From assembly GCA_964634645.1 (NCBI GenBank), contig CAZWKI010000002.1, positions 266-47,986 of the forward strand: a DNA stretch of 47,721 nucleotides, written 5' to 3'. Shown here in pieces: positions 16,664 to 25,878 of the stretch (position 1 is its first letter; every line of letters begins with the position of its first letter). Both the position numbers and the translations under genes were made by a program. The notes under the pieces are model-generated. The model was given only the letters and a program-made list of their open reading frames with translations, searched no databases and had not been told where the DNA came from. This stretch comes from an uncultured Gammaproteobacteria bacterium. GTDB taxonomy: Bacteria > Patescibacteriota > Patescibacteriia > UBA1558 > S5-K13.

Positions 16664-17797
16664 TTATTCTATAAATAAATTTCTAAGCGCAAGGCCAATT
16701 GCTGTTGTATAATTTACACTTGTATTTTTTGGTATCAAAACTACTTCTTTAGGATTATCAGCTCCCAAATCAATGCTAAGCCTATATCTTTCCAAAAATT
16801 TGTCAGGTAATTGTTTCTTTGGGTCGTGTATATGAATAAACGGATCGGCAACAACAACTGGAATTCCTATATTTTTTTCCAAAATATCATTTATATTTCT
16901 TATGTTTGCTCCACCTCCTGACAAAAATATTTTATTAATATCTCCAAATTCTTCAAAGCGACTCTCCTGAAAAGCAATAATTTCTTTTGTTCCTTCTGAA
17001 ATCTTTTCTATCATTTGAGATAGGCTTTTTTTGACAATACCCTTTGCAAAACTCGCATCAAGACCCATTGTAATTTTTGCTAGTTCTGCTTGATCTCTGT
17101 CTAGATTTAATTCCTTAGATATATTTAAGGTTATTTCATCTCCTGATAAAGGAATGCTGATGTCAAATAATATTGCATTTTTTGAATAAGCGAAAACACT
17201 TGTGCGACTTGCACCAATATCTATTATTACATAATTATTTTTCTCTTTGTGCTCATGAAATGGATTCTCATCCATCAAAATTGCTCTACTTATTGCCATG
17301 GATTCTAATTCCGTAGCAATTACGGATATTTTTGCAAATCTCAAAATCTCTATGTAACCATCTATAATATCTTTTGGACAGGCTGCAACCAAAATATAAA
17401 AAACATTATTTTCTTCAAAAATAATCTGATAATCATAGTATGTGTCATCGAGCGACATTGGGAAACATTTTGAAATTTCTTCTGTTACACCATCTTCTAA
17501 ATTATCTTTGGAATTTTCTACTTTAATAAGTTTTATAAATGACTGTTCTTCTGGTAGACAAATCACCGCTTCGTTTGATAATGCTTTTCCAAAAATTGGC
17601 TTGTCAATCATTTTCTTCAAAGAACTTATAAACTCCTCTGGTTTTTTTATTTCTCCGTCTTTTATAATACCTTTTTCGAGATCTATTTTTGAAAATCCCT
17701 GCATCAAAATTTTATCCCTTGATTTGCCCAATTGAACAAATTTTAGAGATAAATCAGAAATATCTAATCCTATTGGATATTTGGATTTGTTTATCAT
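16664..17797 (-). CDS. pilM: type IV pilus assembly ATPase-fold protein PilM
   Basis: Actin-like fold motifs (GLDISD..., IDIGASRTS, LSGGGA). Confidence 0.85.
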   Translation of the reverse strand: MINKSKYPIGLDISDLSLKFVQLGKSRDKILMQGFSKIDLEKGIIKDGEIKKPEEFISSLKKMIDKPIFGKALSNEAVICLPEEQSFIKLIKVENSKDNLEDGVTEEISKCFPMSLDDTYYDYQIIFEENNVFYILVAACPKDIIDGYIEILRFAKISVIATELESMAISRAILMDENPFHEHKEKNNYVIIDIGASRTSVFAYSKNAILFDISIPLSGDEITLNISKELNLDRDQAELAKITMGLDASFAKGIVKKSLSQMIEKISEGTKEIIAFQESRFEEFGDINKIFLSGGGANIRNINDILEKNIGIPVVVADPFIHIHDPKKQLPDKFLERYRLSIDLGADNPKEVVLIPKNTSVNYTTAIGLALRNLFIE

Positions 17798-17853
17798 AAA
17801 AAATATACGTTAACTCTAGAATAAATTATAACACGTATTTGCTGAATTTTGAA

Positions 17854-19344
17854 TTATTGTTCTTTCCAAGAAACAATTCTGTACTCACCTGTTGTTGGAA
17901 AATTTGGTGGTGGACCAAATATTTGAAAGCTTTCATCATAAATCAAATATATGCTTTGAAAACCAGAACCAGTGTCTGGAAATGACAAGCCGTATTCTCC
18001 ATAACTAGCCATTGATCCTAATATTTTTATACTATTCTTTTGATAATCAGGACCACACCCGCTTGGATAATTTATTCTTCCTATTCTTCCTGTCTTCGCT
18101 ATAATTCCCGAAGCAATCTCAATATCATTATTACAACCATAACCAATATTAATATTGCCTTGAGCTATAAGACCAATTCCCCTGTCTCCAATAATTTCAG
18201 AATCTTTATAGGTAAAATTATCATTAATTGTTATGTCTGCTAATTGACCGGCCAATGGTTCTTTGAATGCTAATAATGTAACCTTTGGATCGTGCTCTGA
18301 TCCGGGGTTTTTTCTTTCTACCCAAATATTATCTTGAACAAATATTATTCCTGCTTCTGGAATTGGTTTATTGTTTAAACCTATTTGATTTTTCTTTTTT
18401 ACCGTGTATTTTTCATAAGAATCATCACCAACAATACATGGTGTTTCTAGCTCTGTTATAATATATACAGTATATGTATTTGGCATAAGCTCAAAATAAT
18501 AACCCTTGGCATTTAAATTATAATCGGTAGATGGTCCATAAAAAGTGTATTGGCCATTACTTGGATCGTGTTCCCCTTCGGCCAATACAAACATTTCTTG
18601 CACATAATCACCCAATTCATGACCAAAATTAATTTTTGGCACAGGGGAAAATTTTCCGTTAAAGAAAACTAAATTTCTATTATTTGGTTCAGAGGCTCCT
18701 GGATGTGCTATGTCCGGATATTCAGTGCTTGTGACGTGTGTATGAATACTAAAATCAACTAAACTATTTAAATCATAGGGGTCTTCATCGCTTTGATCAA
18801 AATAACTTGGTACTCCAGAAGAAAAAGAACTGCTTGCACTCGCTACTCCGTCAAATCTTATACCGCCATTTGAATGAATGTTTCCACTAATAGTTGTATT
18901 TGCTGTAATTCTCAAATCTGAATTTGAAATAAGCAAATAATCTGACCAAGAAATTGGTGCTAATTCTACTTCTATGGTTCTTTTTAAATTTGGATACGCG
19001 TCAACGCGACCAACAGACTTAACTATGAAGCCACTAGATGAAGTTGGCGTAACTGTTAATTCATAAGATCCTGATATTTTTCCATCTGGGTCAGAATAAT
19101 TGTAATTAAATACACATGGTGGTGTTGTGCTACAATGATTACTATCATGATAAAGAATCCATCTATAATAGTCTATTCCTGCTTCGGCAATATTAAAAGC
19201 CTGAGTACTTGCAATTTTCATTTTATTAAATTTTTGCTTTATCAATCCATAAGAAATTGCCGATGAAAAAATTACAAAAAATACTCCGGTTGCCACAAGC
19301 ACCAAAACCATAGATGATCCATTTTTGTTTTTTTTAATTTTCAT
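17854..19344 (-). CDS. PilX-like / large minor-pilin-like protein
   Basis: N-terminal hydrophobic helix GSSMVLVLVATGVFFV. Operon context. Confidence 0.6.
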   Translation of the reverse strand: MKIKKNKNGSSMVLVLVATGVFFVIFSSAISYGLIKQKFNKMKIASTQAFNIAEAGIDYYRWILYHDSNHCSTTPPCVFNYNYSDPDGKISGSYELTVTPTSSSGFIVKSVGRVDAYPNLKRTIEVELAPISWSDYLLISNSDLRITANTTISGNIHSNGGIRFDGVASASSSFSSGVPSYFDQSDEDPYDLNSLVDFSIHTHVTSTEYPDIAHPGASEPNNRNLVFFNGKFSPVPKINFGHELGDYVQEMFVLAEGEHDPSNGQYTFYGPSTDYNLNAKGYYFELMPNTYTVYIITELETPCIVGDDSYEKYTVKKKNQIGLNNKPIPEAGIIFVQDNIWVERKNPGSEHDPKVTLLAFKEPLAGQLADITINDNFTYKDSEIIGDRGIGLIAQGNINIGYGCNNDIEIASGIIAKTGRIGRINYPSGCGPDYQKNSIKILGSMASYGEYGLSFPDTGSGFQSIYLIYDESFQIFGPPPNFPTTGEYRIVSWKEQ

Positions 19345-19347
19345 AGA

Positions 19348-19905
19348 TTAGTTGTTTTTTAAATTTCTTATCTGAACATCTGATTGAATATCATACGTCC
19401 TTGGAGATTGTTCTGGATTTACATCAATTTTTAATAAAATATTTATAAGTGTTATGCTGTTTATATCCGTGGTTGTGACACCATTTGAATCATAATACTT
19501 GAAAACTGGTTCTGTATAATTATTTAGATAGCTGGCAAGAACAGCCGTGGTTGTTGGGCTGGAGGAATAAGGTGGTCTTACAAAATCCCTTTTCAAATCT
19601 GTGCCACCTATATAATACTTCACCCTTTCAATAACCCCATCTTTATCTATATCACTATAAAAGATAAGGGTACTTGTTGAAATTTGCAAAATTGGATTTC
19701 CTTGCTGTAGACTATTCATTCCACGAATTTCAATTGTCATTGTCTCCATTGCTTTTCTGGCATTTTCTACTGCATCTTCTAGCTCCTGGTTAAAAGAAGC
19801 GGATCTAAATCCTGTTATCAAAAAATTATTAACAACCAAAACAATAATAACCGTTATAGCCATTGCAACCAATATTTCTATTAATGTAAATCCTTTTTTT
19901 TGCAT
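19348..19905 (-). CDS. prepilin-type N-terminal cleavage/methylation domain protein (pseudopilin)
   Basis: MQKKG/FTLIEILVAMAI class III signal. Confidence 0.85.
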   Translation of the reverse strand: MQKKGFTLIEILVAMAITVIIVLVVNNFLITGFRSASFNQELEDAVENARKAMETMTIEIRGMNSLQQGNPILQISTSTLIFYSDIDKDGVIERVKYYIGGTDLKRDFVRPPYSSSPTTTAVLASYLNNYTEPVFKYYDSNGVTTTDINSITLINILLKIDVNPEQSPRTYDIQSDVQIRNLKNN

Positions 19906-19909
19906 TATA

Positions 19910-22045
19910 TTACTCTAAATAAAAAATGATTTCTTGACTATCTCCAGCAAGAAGCTTGACAGTATTAGATGGTTGTAGTTCTATCATTTCTATGGTTCTG
20001 CCGGGTATTGTAATAACATATCCAATTGAATCCCATTCTAGATCCAAATTAATCTCTCCTAGAGAATTAGATGTTGATGTGCCACTATAATTATATACTG
20101 GTCCATTATTATCATAACCTATTCTCTTTGAGCTATGAATATTTACTGAAACATTGTTCAAGGGATTGGGAATATTTATCTGACGGACTTCTCCAAAATA
20201 AATATTTTTTGTGTCATCCCAAGAAGCAATAAATTTATCGTTATTTTCATCAAATGCTAAATCAGAGCTTTTGTGGTCTAATCCTGTTGAATCTATATTT
20301 ACTCTAGAATCGTGACTCCAAAAAGTACCACTTATCTTTTGAGAATATATATCTTCGTTTCCGTTTCTCTTATCTGTCCATGTTATATACACATTACTTC
20401 CATTGCCGTATATACTTGAAAGAGATTGACTATAATTATAATCTACACTTGCATGTCCTTCTGATTGATTTAGAGACCCATTTGATGAGTCTAGTATCTT
20501 AAAATATATATTTGAAATTCCATTTCTCTCATCTGTCCAGGCTATATACAAAAAATCATTATCATCGTCTAAATAAATAGCTGGATGATATTGCCTATAT
20601 GTATTATCAATATTTACCTTTTTGGTCCAAGATAGAATTCCATTTTCATTTACTTTTTGAATATGTATATCTAAATCATAGTCTGGTATAGAAGAATCGT
20701 ACTGGGTCCAAACAACATAAGAATTATTATTACTGTCAACAACAATGTCTGGACTAACCTGTTCAAATGAATTATCTGTTAATAGTACCTCTGAAGACCG
20801 ATTACCAAATGCGTCGAATTTTCTCCAATAAACATCATAATCATTTCCATTGTGGACCTGAAAAACAGTAAATAAATCTGTGCTTGTAGGGGAGGCAAAA
20901 ATTTTTGCATTTGTAGAACTTGAAGATGAGTTAATCTTATATTCCCAAATAGAAGCTCCATTTTCGTTTCTTTTGTTTAAATAACAATCACCCACAGAAT
21001 CGCACCAACTTACATAAAAAGCATTATTAGAAAAACAAATATCTGGAGATTGTCCATCTGATGAAATTGTCACATCGTTAGCCCAATTATTACCCATAGA
21101 ATCTGATTTTTGAGCATATATGCCCCCCGCTGTTTCTTGCCAAACTATATAAATATTGCCAGAAGCATCAATTGATAATTTGGAGTTTCCTCCATCACCC
21201 GATAACCCTTCATTTATTTTATAATTTTCTGGTAAGCTCGTAGAAACTGTTTTTATTTTTAAATGACCAAGTCTATCTATTACAAACTTTCGAGATGCTT
21301 TTCCATTTTCAATAACCTCTATTGGTTCAAATTCTGCGTTGGGTTCAAATCCTGTCGTCGTAGATGCTTGATAGGTTTGAAAAGTACTAGTCCCAGATCC
21401 GTTTGTAATTTCTATTTGATAATTTTCATCTGGTAGTACGGCTAAAGTATATTGACCATTTTCATCGCTTTGATATGTCACATAAAATTCCGGAAAATTG
21501 GGGTTTGTAAAATTTATATCTGCTCCCGCAACTGGAACGTAATTAGAATTAGTAACATTAATCTCAATAAGACCATATCCCTCTGATGCTTCTTCTGTGG
21601 GTGGTGCAATCTTAGAAGAGAGAAAAAAGTGTTTTTCTCCTCTTTTTGTATTCCAACTCACTTTTATTGTAACGTTTTTGTAATCTGTAAAAATATTATC
21701 TGTTGTGCTTGCCAAACCATCAAATGGATCATCCACAAATTGAATATCTGTTTGAATATTATAAGTACCATTTGTTATAATGGTTTCCTCTGCTAAGATA
21801 GTACCAGTAGGGCTTCCACTTATTGTTCCAATATCTTTATAGGGAAGATTTCTAATTTGTTCTATTTTCTGATTTGCTATAGCGTTTGCTTCTACATAAT
21901 GTTTATTTTCATTTGAAATTTCTAGCGTAAAATTAATCAAAGCATATATACCACTCATTACAATAGAAATTATAAACAAAGCAACAATAGTCTCTATCAA
22001 TGTAAAGCCTTTGCTTTGGTTTTTTTTGATAAATAAAATTTTCAT
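19910..22045 (-). CDS. giant pseudopilin (711 aa): prepilin N-terminus, Ig-like domain, repeated propeller-like units
   Basis: The MKILFIKKNQSKG/FTLIETIV start at 22045 sits next to the pilC stop. Repeats of the type YI.W.D.RNG..(D/N)IY. Confidence 0.8.
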   Translation of the reverse strand: MKILFIKKNQSKGFTLIETIVALFIISIVMSGIYALINFTLEISNENKHYVEANAIANQKIEQIRNLPYKDIGTISGSPTGTILAEETIITNGTYNIQTDIQFVDDPFDGLASTTDNIFTDYKNVTIKVSWNTKRGEKHFFLSSKIAPPTEEASEGYGLIEINVTNSNYVPVAGADINFTNPNFPEFYVTYQSDENGQYTLAVLPDENYQIEITNGSGTSTFQTYQASTTTGFEPNAEFEPIEVIENGKASRKFVIDRLGHLKIKTVSTSLPENYKINEGLSGDGGNSKLSIDASGNIYIVWQETAGGIYAQKSDSMGNNWANDVTISSDGQSPDICFSNNAFYVSWCDSVGDCYLNKRNENGASIWEYKINSSSSSTNAKIFASPTSTDLFTVFQVHNGNDYDVYWRKFDAFGNRSSEVLLTDNSFEQVSPDIVVDSNNNSYVVWTQYDSSIPDYDLDIHIQKVNENGILSWTKKVNIDNTYRQYHPAIYLDDDNDFLYIAWTDERNGISNIYFKILDSSNGSLNQSEGHASVDYNYSQSLSSIYGNGSNVYITWTDKRNGNEDIYSQKISGTFWSHDSRVNIDSTGLDHKSSDLAFDENNDKFIASWDDTKNIYFGEVRQINIPNPLNNVSVNIHSSKRIGYDNNGPVYNYSGTSTSNSLGEINLDLEWDSIGYVITIPGRTIEMIELQPSNTVKLLAGDSQEIIFYLE

Positions 22046-22046
22046 A

Positions 22047-23297
22047 TTAAAATGCTGATGACATTGAATACATTGGCAGTAGAATAGAAAGCGCCATTCC
22101 ACCAACTGCAATTCCTAATACCAAAATCAATATTGGCTCTATTAAAGATGGCAAGTCTGTCATTATTTGATCTACTTCGCCCTCATAAAACTCTGCTAAT
22201 TCCAACAAAATATTATCTAGATCTCCTGTTTCCTCACCTATATTTATCATTTGAACTATTGTTGGGGGAAACAATATTGGATATTTTTCAATCGTATTTG
22301 TCAAAGTATCTCCCTTTTTCAAAGTAACGCTCATTTCAAATACTGCTTTTTTGTAATGAGAATTATTCAAAACATCCGAAGTAATTTCAAAAGCTCGCAC
22401 TATCATTATATCTGTTTTTAACAATAAATTTATATTTCTTGAAAATTTAGCTAAATTAATTTTTTTTGTAATTGGTCCAATTATAGGCGCCTTCAATAAT
22501 ATTTTGTCAAAAAAACTTTTTCCCTTTGGGGTTCTGTGAATTTTTATTAAAATAAAAATAAATATACATAAAACAATTGTAACAATTATCGCGTTGTGTC
22601 TTATCAAATCGCTTACAAATATAAGAATTCTTGTTGGGAGCGGCAATGTCATATTCATTTCTATAAAGTTTTGGGTTATCTTTGGAACAATTGCCACAAC
22701 CATAAATGTTCCTATTCCGAGCATTGCAACAAGTATTACAAGAGGATATGTAAGAGCGCCTTTTACCTTGCTAATAAGTGCGTGCTCTTTTTTCATTTGA
22801 ATATAAAGCTCTTTCAAAACATTTTCTAGTTTTCCTGACAATTCTCCAGACTCTATTGTGTTTATAAAAAGCTCTCCAAAAATATTTTTATATTCTCCCA
22901 GGGACTCAGAAAATGTCCTACCGTTTTCAACGCTATAAGCTATTTTTATCAAAACATATTTGAAATATTTGTTTTGTGCCTGTATTGCAAGGGTTTTAAG
23001 GGCTTTTGAAATAGATATTCCAACCCTTAGCATCAAAGATAAATTTTGCACAAAAAATAATTTTTCTTTTAGTGGTACCCTGGATAATTTCAAAAGAAAA
23101 AAATTGGCTTTTGCCATAAAAGAATCTCCAGAAAATTTTTCCAAAAACTCTGAAAGCTCTATATCGTTTACACTTCTTATTGCTGATTTCTTTTTTGGTT
23201 GCAAACTAATAATCTTTTTTGTTTCTTTTATGTCTTTTTTTAAATCGATGGGAATTGAATCTTTTGTTATGGTTTTTGTTTTTTGTATATCTAACAT
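22047..23297 (-). CDS. pilC: type IV pilus platform protein PilC (GspF family)
   Basis: Duplicated GspF domains, 3 TM segments, follows pilB. Confidence 0.85.
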   Translation of the reverse strand: MLDIQKTKTITKDSIPIDLKKDIKETKKIISLQPKKKSAIRSVNDIELSEFLEKFSGDSFMAKANFFLLKLSRVPLKEKLFFVQNLSLMLRVGISISKALKTLAIQAQNKYFKYVLIKIAYSVENGRTFSESLGEYKNIFGELFINTIESGELSGKLENVLKELYIQMKKEHALISKVKGALTYPLVILVAMLGIGTFMVVAIVPKITQNFIEMNMTLPLPTRILIFVSDLIRHNAIIVTIVLCIFIFILIKIHRTPKGKSFFDKILLKAPIIGPITKKINLAKFSRNINLLLKTDIMIVRAFEITSDVLNNSHYKKAVFEMSVTLKKGDTLTNTIEKYPILFPPTIVQMINIGEETGDLDNILLELAEFYEGEVDQIMTDLPSLIEPILILVLGIAVGGMALSILLPMYSMSSAF

Positions 23298-23337
23298 ATT
23301 AATTTATATAATATTTCTTTAAATATAAAATTATTAT

Positions 23338-25065
23338 TTATTTTTTTGTAACCCTTAAAACTTCTTCTATTGTTGTAATTCCTCTTTGGGCTTTAATGAA
23401 TCCATCTTCCATAATATTAAGCATTCCACTATTTGTGGCTGCTTCTCTTAATTTTTCAGCGCCCGTATTTTTCAAAATTAGATCTTCAATTTCTTGATTA
23501 TTTTCAAGCACTTCATAAATTCCTATTCTTCCTTTATATCCTGTATTTCCACATTTATCACAACCCTTTCCCCTATAAAAAAGCCAGTCCTTGATATTGC
23601 TCCTAACCTGTGATCCTGGACTTTTTTTGCTTATTGCGGCAAAAAGATTCTCAACATTAATTTGTTTTTCAAGTTCTTTTATGGCTGCGTCGTCTAAGTT
23701 GTAACTATGTATACAATTTTGGCATATTTTTCGTACCAATCTTTGTGCAACAATAATATTGAGCGTAGATGCCAACAAGAATGCTGGAACCCCCATTTGA
23801 GTTAACCTTGGAATAGTTGTTGGCGCATCATTTGTGTGAAGTGTTGATAATACCAAGTGCCCAGTCATAGCAGAATGAATTGCAATTTCAGCCGTTTCTT
23901 GATCTCTTATTTCTCCAACCATTATAATGTCTGGATCTTGACGAAGAAGCGACCTAAGCCCCTTTGCAAATGTAAATCCCAATTTCTGATTTGTTTGAGA
24001 TTGATTAATATTTTTCATTCTATATTCAATTGGATCTTCTATGGTTGTAATATTAACTTCTGGGGTATTTAAAATATTTAAAATAGTATAAAGAGTTGTT
24101 GTTTTTCCACTTCCGGTTGGACCAGTTACAAGAATCATTCCATGTGGTTTTGAAATATTTCTTTTAACAACTTCCGGAATCTCTGTTTGAAAACCAAGTT
24201 GCTCTAATGTGAGAATTTGTGCTTTTTCATTCAAAATTCTAATTACTATTTTTTCACCATCAAAAGTTGGTATTATAGATACTCTAAAAGAAACTTTATA
24301 TTTTTCAGAATAAATTTTAAATCTTCCATCTTGTGGTAATCTATGTTCATCAACTTTTAAGTTTGTCAATATTTTTATTCTGCTTATAATTCCCGCTTGA
24401 GCTTCTTTTGGTAAAGTCATCGCGGTTTGTAAAACTCCATCTATTCTATATCTCACTAAAACATCTTTTTCTTCTGGTTCTATATGAATATCTGAGGCAC
24501 CATCAATTATTGCATGCTCAAGTAGCGCATCAACAACTTTTGCAATAGGCAGGTCTTTCAATCCAGTCTTTGTTGTTTTAATTGTTAACTCTGGCGTCTC
24601 ATCTTCTTGGGAAAGATATTTAAATTCTGCCTCAAGACTTTTTGTGTATTTTTTCAAACCCTCTTTTATACAATCCGGGGTTGTAACATAAATTTTCAAT
24701 TCCATTTCCATTTTCTTTTTTATAAATTCAAGAACTTCTAAATTTTCTGGATCTGTTGTAGCTACTCCTATAGAATTAGAATCTCCCTCAAAGGCAATAA
24801 TATTATTTGCAATTGCAACCTTTTCTGGTATTAATTCAAGAATATCTTCTCTTATACTTATGTTTTTCAAATTAATAAATGGCAATTTAAAATACTTAGC
24901 CATATTTTCATAAAAAATATCTAGGGTAAGCACTTTTTTTGAAATCAAATAATCTAAAATATTTTTTTCAGACTTCATTGCTTCTTTTTTGTACTTATCA
25001 AATTCTGAAGAAGACAAAATATTTGTTTTTTCTAATATTTTCTTAATTTGTTTATCATTTGTCAT
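23338..25065 (-). CDS. pilB: type IV pilus assembly ATPase PilB (GspE family)
   Basis: Walker A GPTGSGKTTT, Asp/His boxes, tetracysteine CQNC...CDKCGNTG. Confidence 0.9.
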   Translation of the reverse strand: MTNDKQIKKILEKTNILSSSEFDKYKKEAMKSEKNILDYLISKKVLTLDIFYENMAKYFKLPFINLKNISIREDILELIPEKVAIANNIIAFEGDSNSIGVATTDPENLEVLEFIKKKMEMELKIYVTTPDCIKEGLKKYTKSLEAEFKYLSQEDETPELTIKTTKTGLKDLPIAKVVDALLEHAIIDGASDIHIEPEEKDVLVRYRIDGVLQTAMTLPKEAQAGIISRIKILTNLKVDEHRLPQDGRFKIYSEKYKVSFRVSIIPTFDGEKIVIRILNEKAQILTLEQLGFQTEIPEVVKRNISKPHGMILVTGPTGSGKTTTLYTILNILNTPEVNITTIEDPIEYRMKNINQSQTNQKLGFTFAKGLRSLLRQDPDIIMVGEIRDQETAEIAIHSAMTGHLVLSTLHTNDAPTTIPRLTQMGVPAFLLASTLNIIVAQRLVRKICQNCIHSYNLDDAAIKELEKQINVENLFAAISKKSPGSQVRSNIKDWLFYRGKGCDKCGNTGYKGRIGIYEVLENNQEIEDLILKNTGAEKLREAATNSGMLNIMEDGFIKAQRGITTIEEVLRVTKK

Positions 25066-25243
25066 TTTATTTTATATTAAAAAGAATTAAAAAATATGTA
25101 TTTTCCACATTATAATTTTAACACAATAAATGAAAACATAAAATACGTATCGCTACCCATAAATCGAAAGCGAATAATTTAAAATCTATGGCTTTTTTAT
25201 TTTTTTTCTGTTAAAATTATTTATATAAAAATTAAACAACTTT

Positions 25244-25483
25244 ATGCAAAATATTATTATTGGCTTGATAATTATATTTGCTGGATTCATGCTAACATGG
25301 AAAGCAAATTGGATTGTGGAAAATTTCGGAACAGATGAATGGGCTGAAACAAAATTAAGCGGAGGAACACGTTCAATGTATAGATTCATTGGAGTTATAA
25401 TAATATTTTTTGGAATACTACTTACAACCGGACTCTTAAAAACTTTTTTAAATAGTGTCTTTGGTGGCATTATTAGAAATTAG
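25244..25483 (+). CDS. small two-TM membrane protein (hypothetical)
   Basis: 79-aa ORF with hydrophobic ends. The opposite-strand ORF looks like a shadow. Confidence 0.5.
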   Translation: MQNIIIGLIIIFAGFMLTWKANWIVENFGTDEWAETKLSGGTRSMYRFIGVIIIFFGILLTTGLLKTFLNSVFGGIIRN

Positions 25484-25611
25484 ACTATTATTTTTTTAAA
25501 AAAAGTATTATAATAAACACGTACGAGAACAAACTCGTAATAAAATAAAAAATGAATTAAAAAAATTTATCTCGAGATTAGTCGAGAGGTAAATAGAAAG
25601 GAATAAATAAA

Positions 25612-25746
25612 ATGGCAGCAAAGAAAAAGGCCAAGAAAGCAAAAAAAGTTGCAAAGAAACCTGTAAAGAAAGCAAAAAAAGTTGCAAAGAAACCTGTAAA
25701 GAGGGTAGCAAAGAAAACAAAAAAGACAAAGAAATCAAAGAAATAA
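25612..25746 (+). CDS. 44-aa lysine/alanine-rich histone-H1-like basic protein
   Basis: Hand translation gives MAAKKKAKKAKKVAKKPVKKAKKVAKKPVKRVAKKTKKTKKSKK. GAAAGGA lies upstream. Contains a perfect 33-nt tandem repeat (25635-25700). Confidence 0.65.
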   Translation: MAAKKKAKKAKKVAKKPVKKAKKVAKKPVKRVAKKTKKTKKSKK

Positions 25747-25771
25747 TGATTTCTGTTGCGTGAAAAAAATT

Positions 25772-25822
25772 GCGCAAAACAAAAATCCCTAAACTTGTCG
25801 TGGAGGGATTTTTGTTTTGCGC
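25772..25822. terminator. bidirectional terminator: 19-bp perfect inverted repeat
   Basis: GCGCAAAACAAAAATCCCT ... AGGGATTTTTGTTTTGCGC, between convergent genes. Confidence 0.75.
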
Positions 25823-25878
25823 ACATGCTTATATATTTTTTAAAAAATATTTTATTAATATTAACCTTTAAAAATGGG

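Noticed and set aside
22046-22111. 22-aa N-terminal extension of the giant pseudopilin (MQLVEWRFLFYCQC...)
   Set aside because: It overlaps the pilC coding end. The prepilin signal MKILFIKKNQSKG/FTLIE begins at 22045.
25508-25826. Minus-strand ORFs of 89 and 82 aa (Leu/Phe-rich)
   Set aside because: They are antisense shadows of the AAG/AAA-rich plus-strand Lys-rich ORF and its 33-nt repeat. They have no ribosome-binding site and their composition is implausible.
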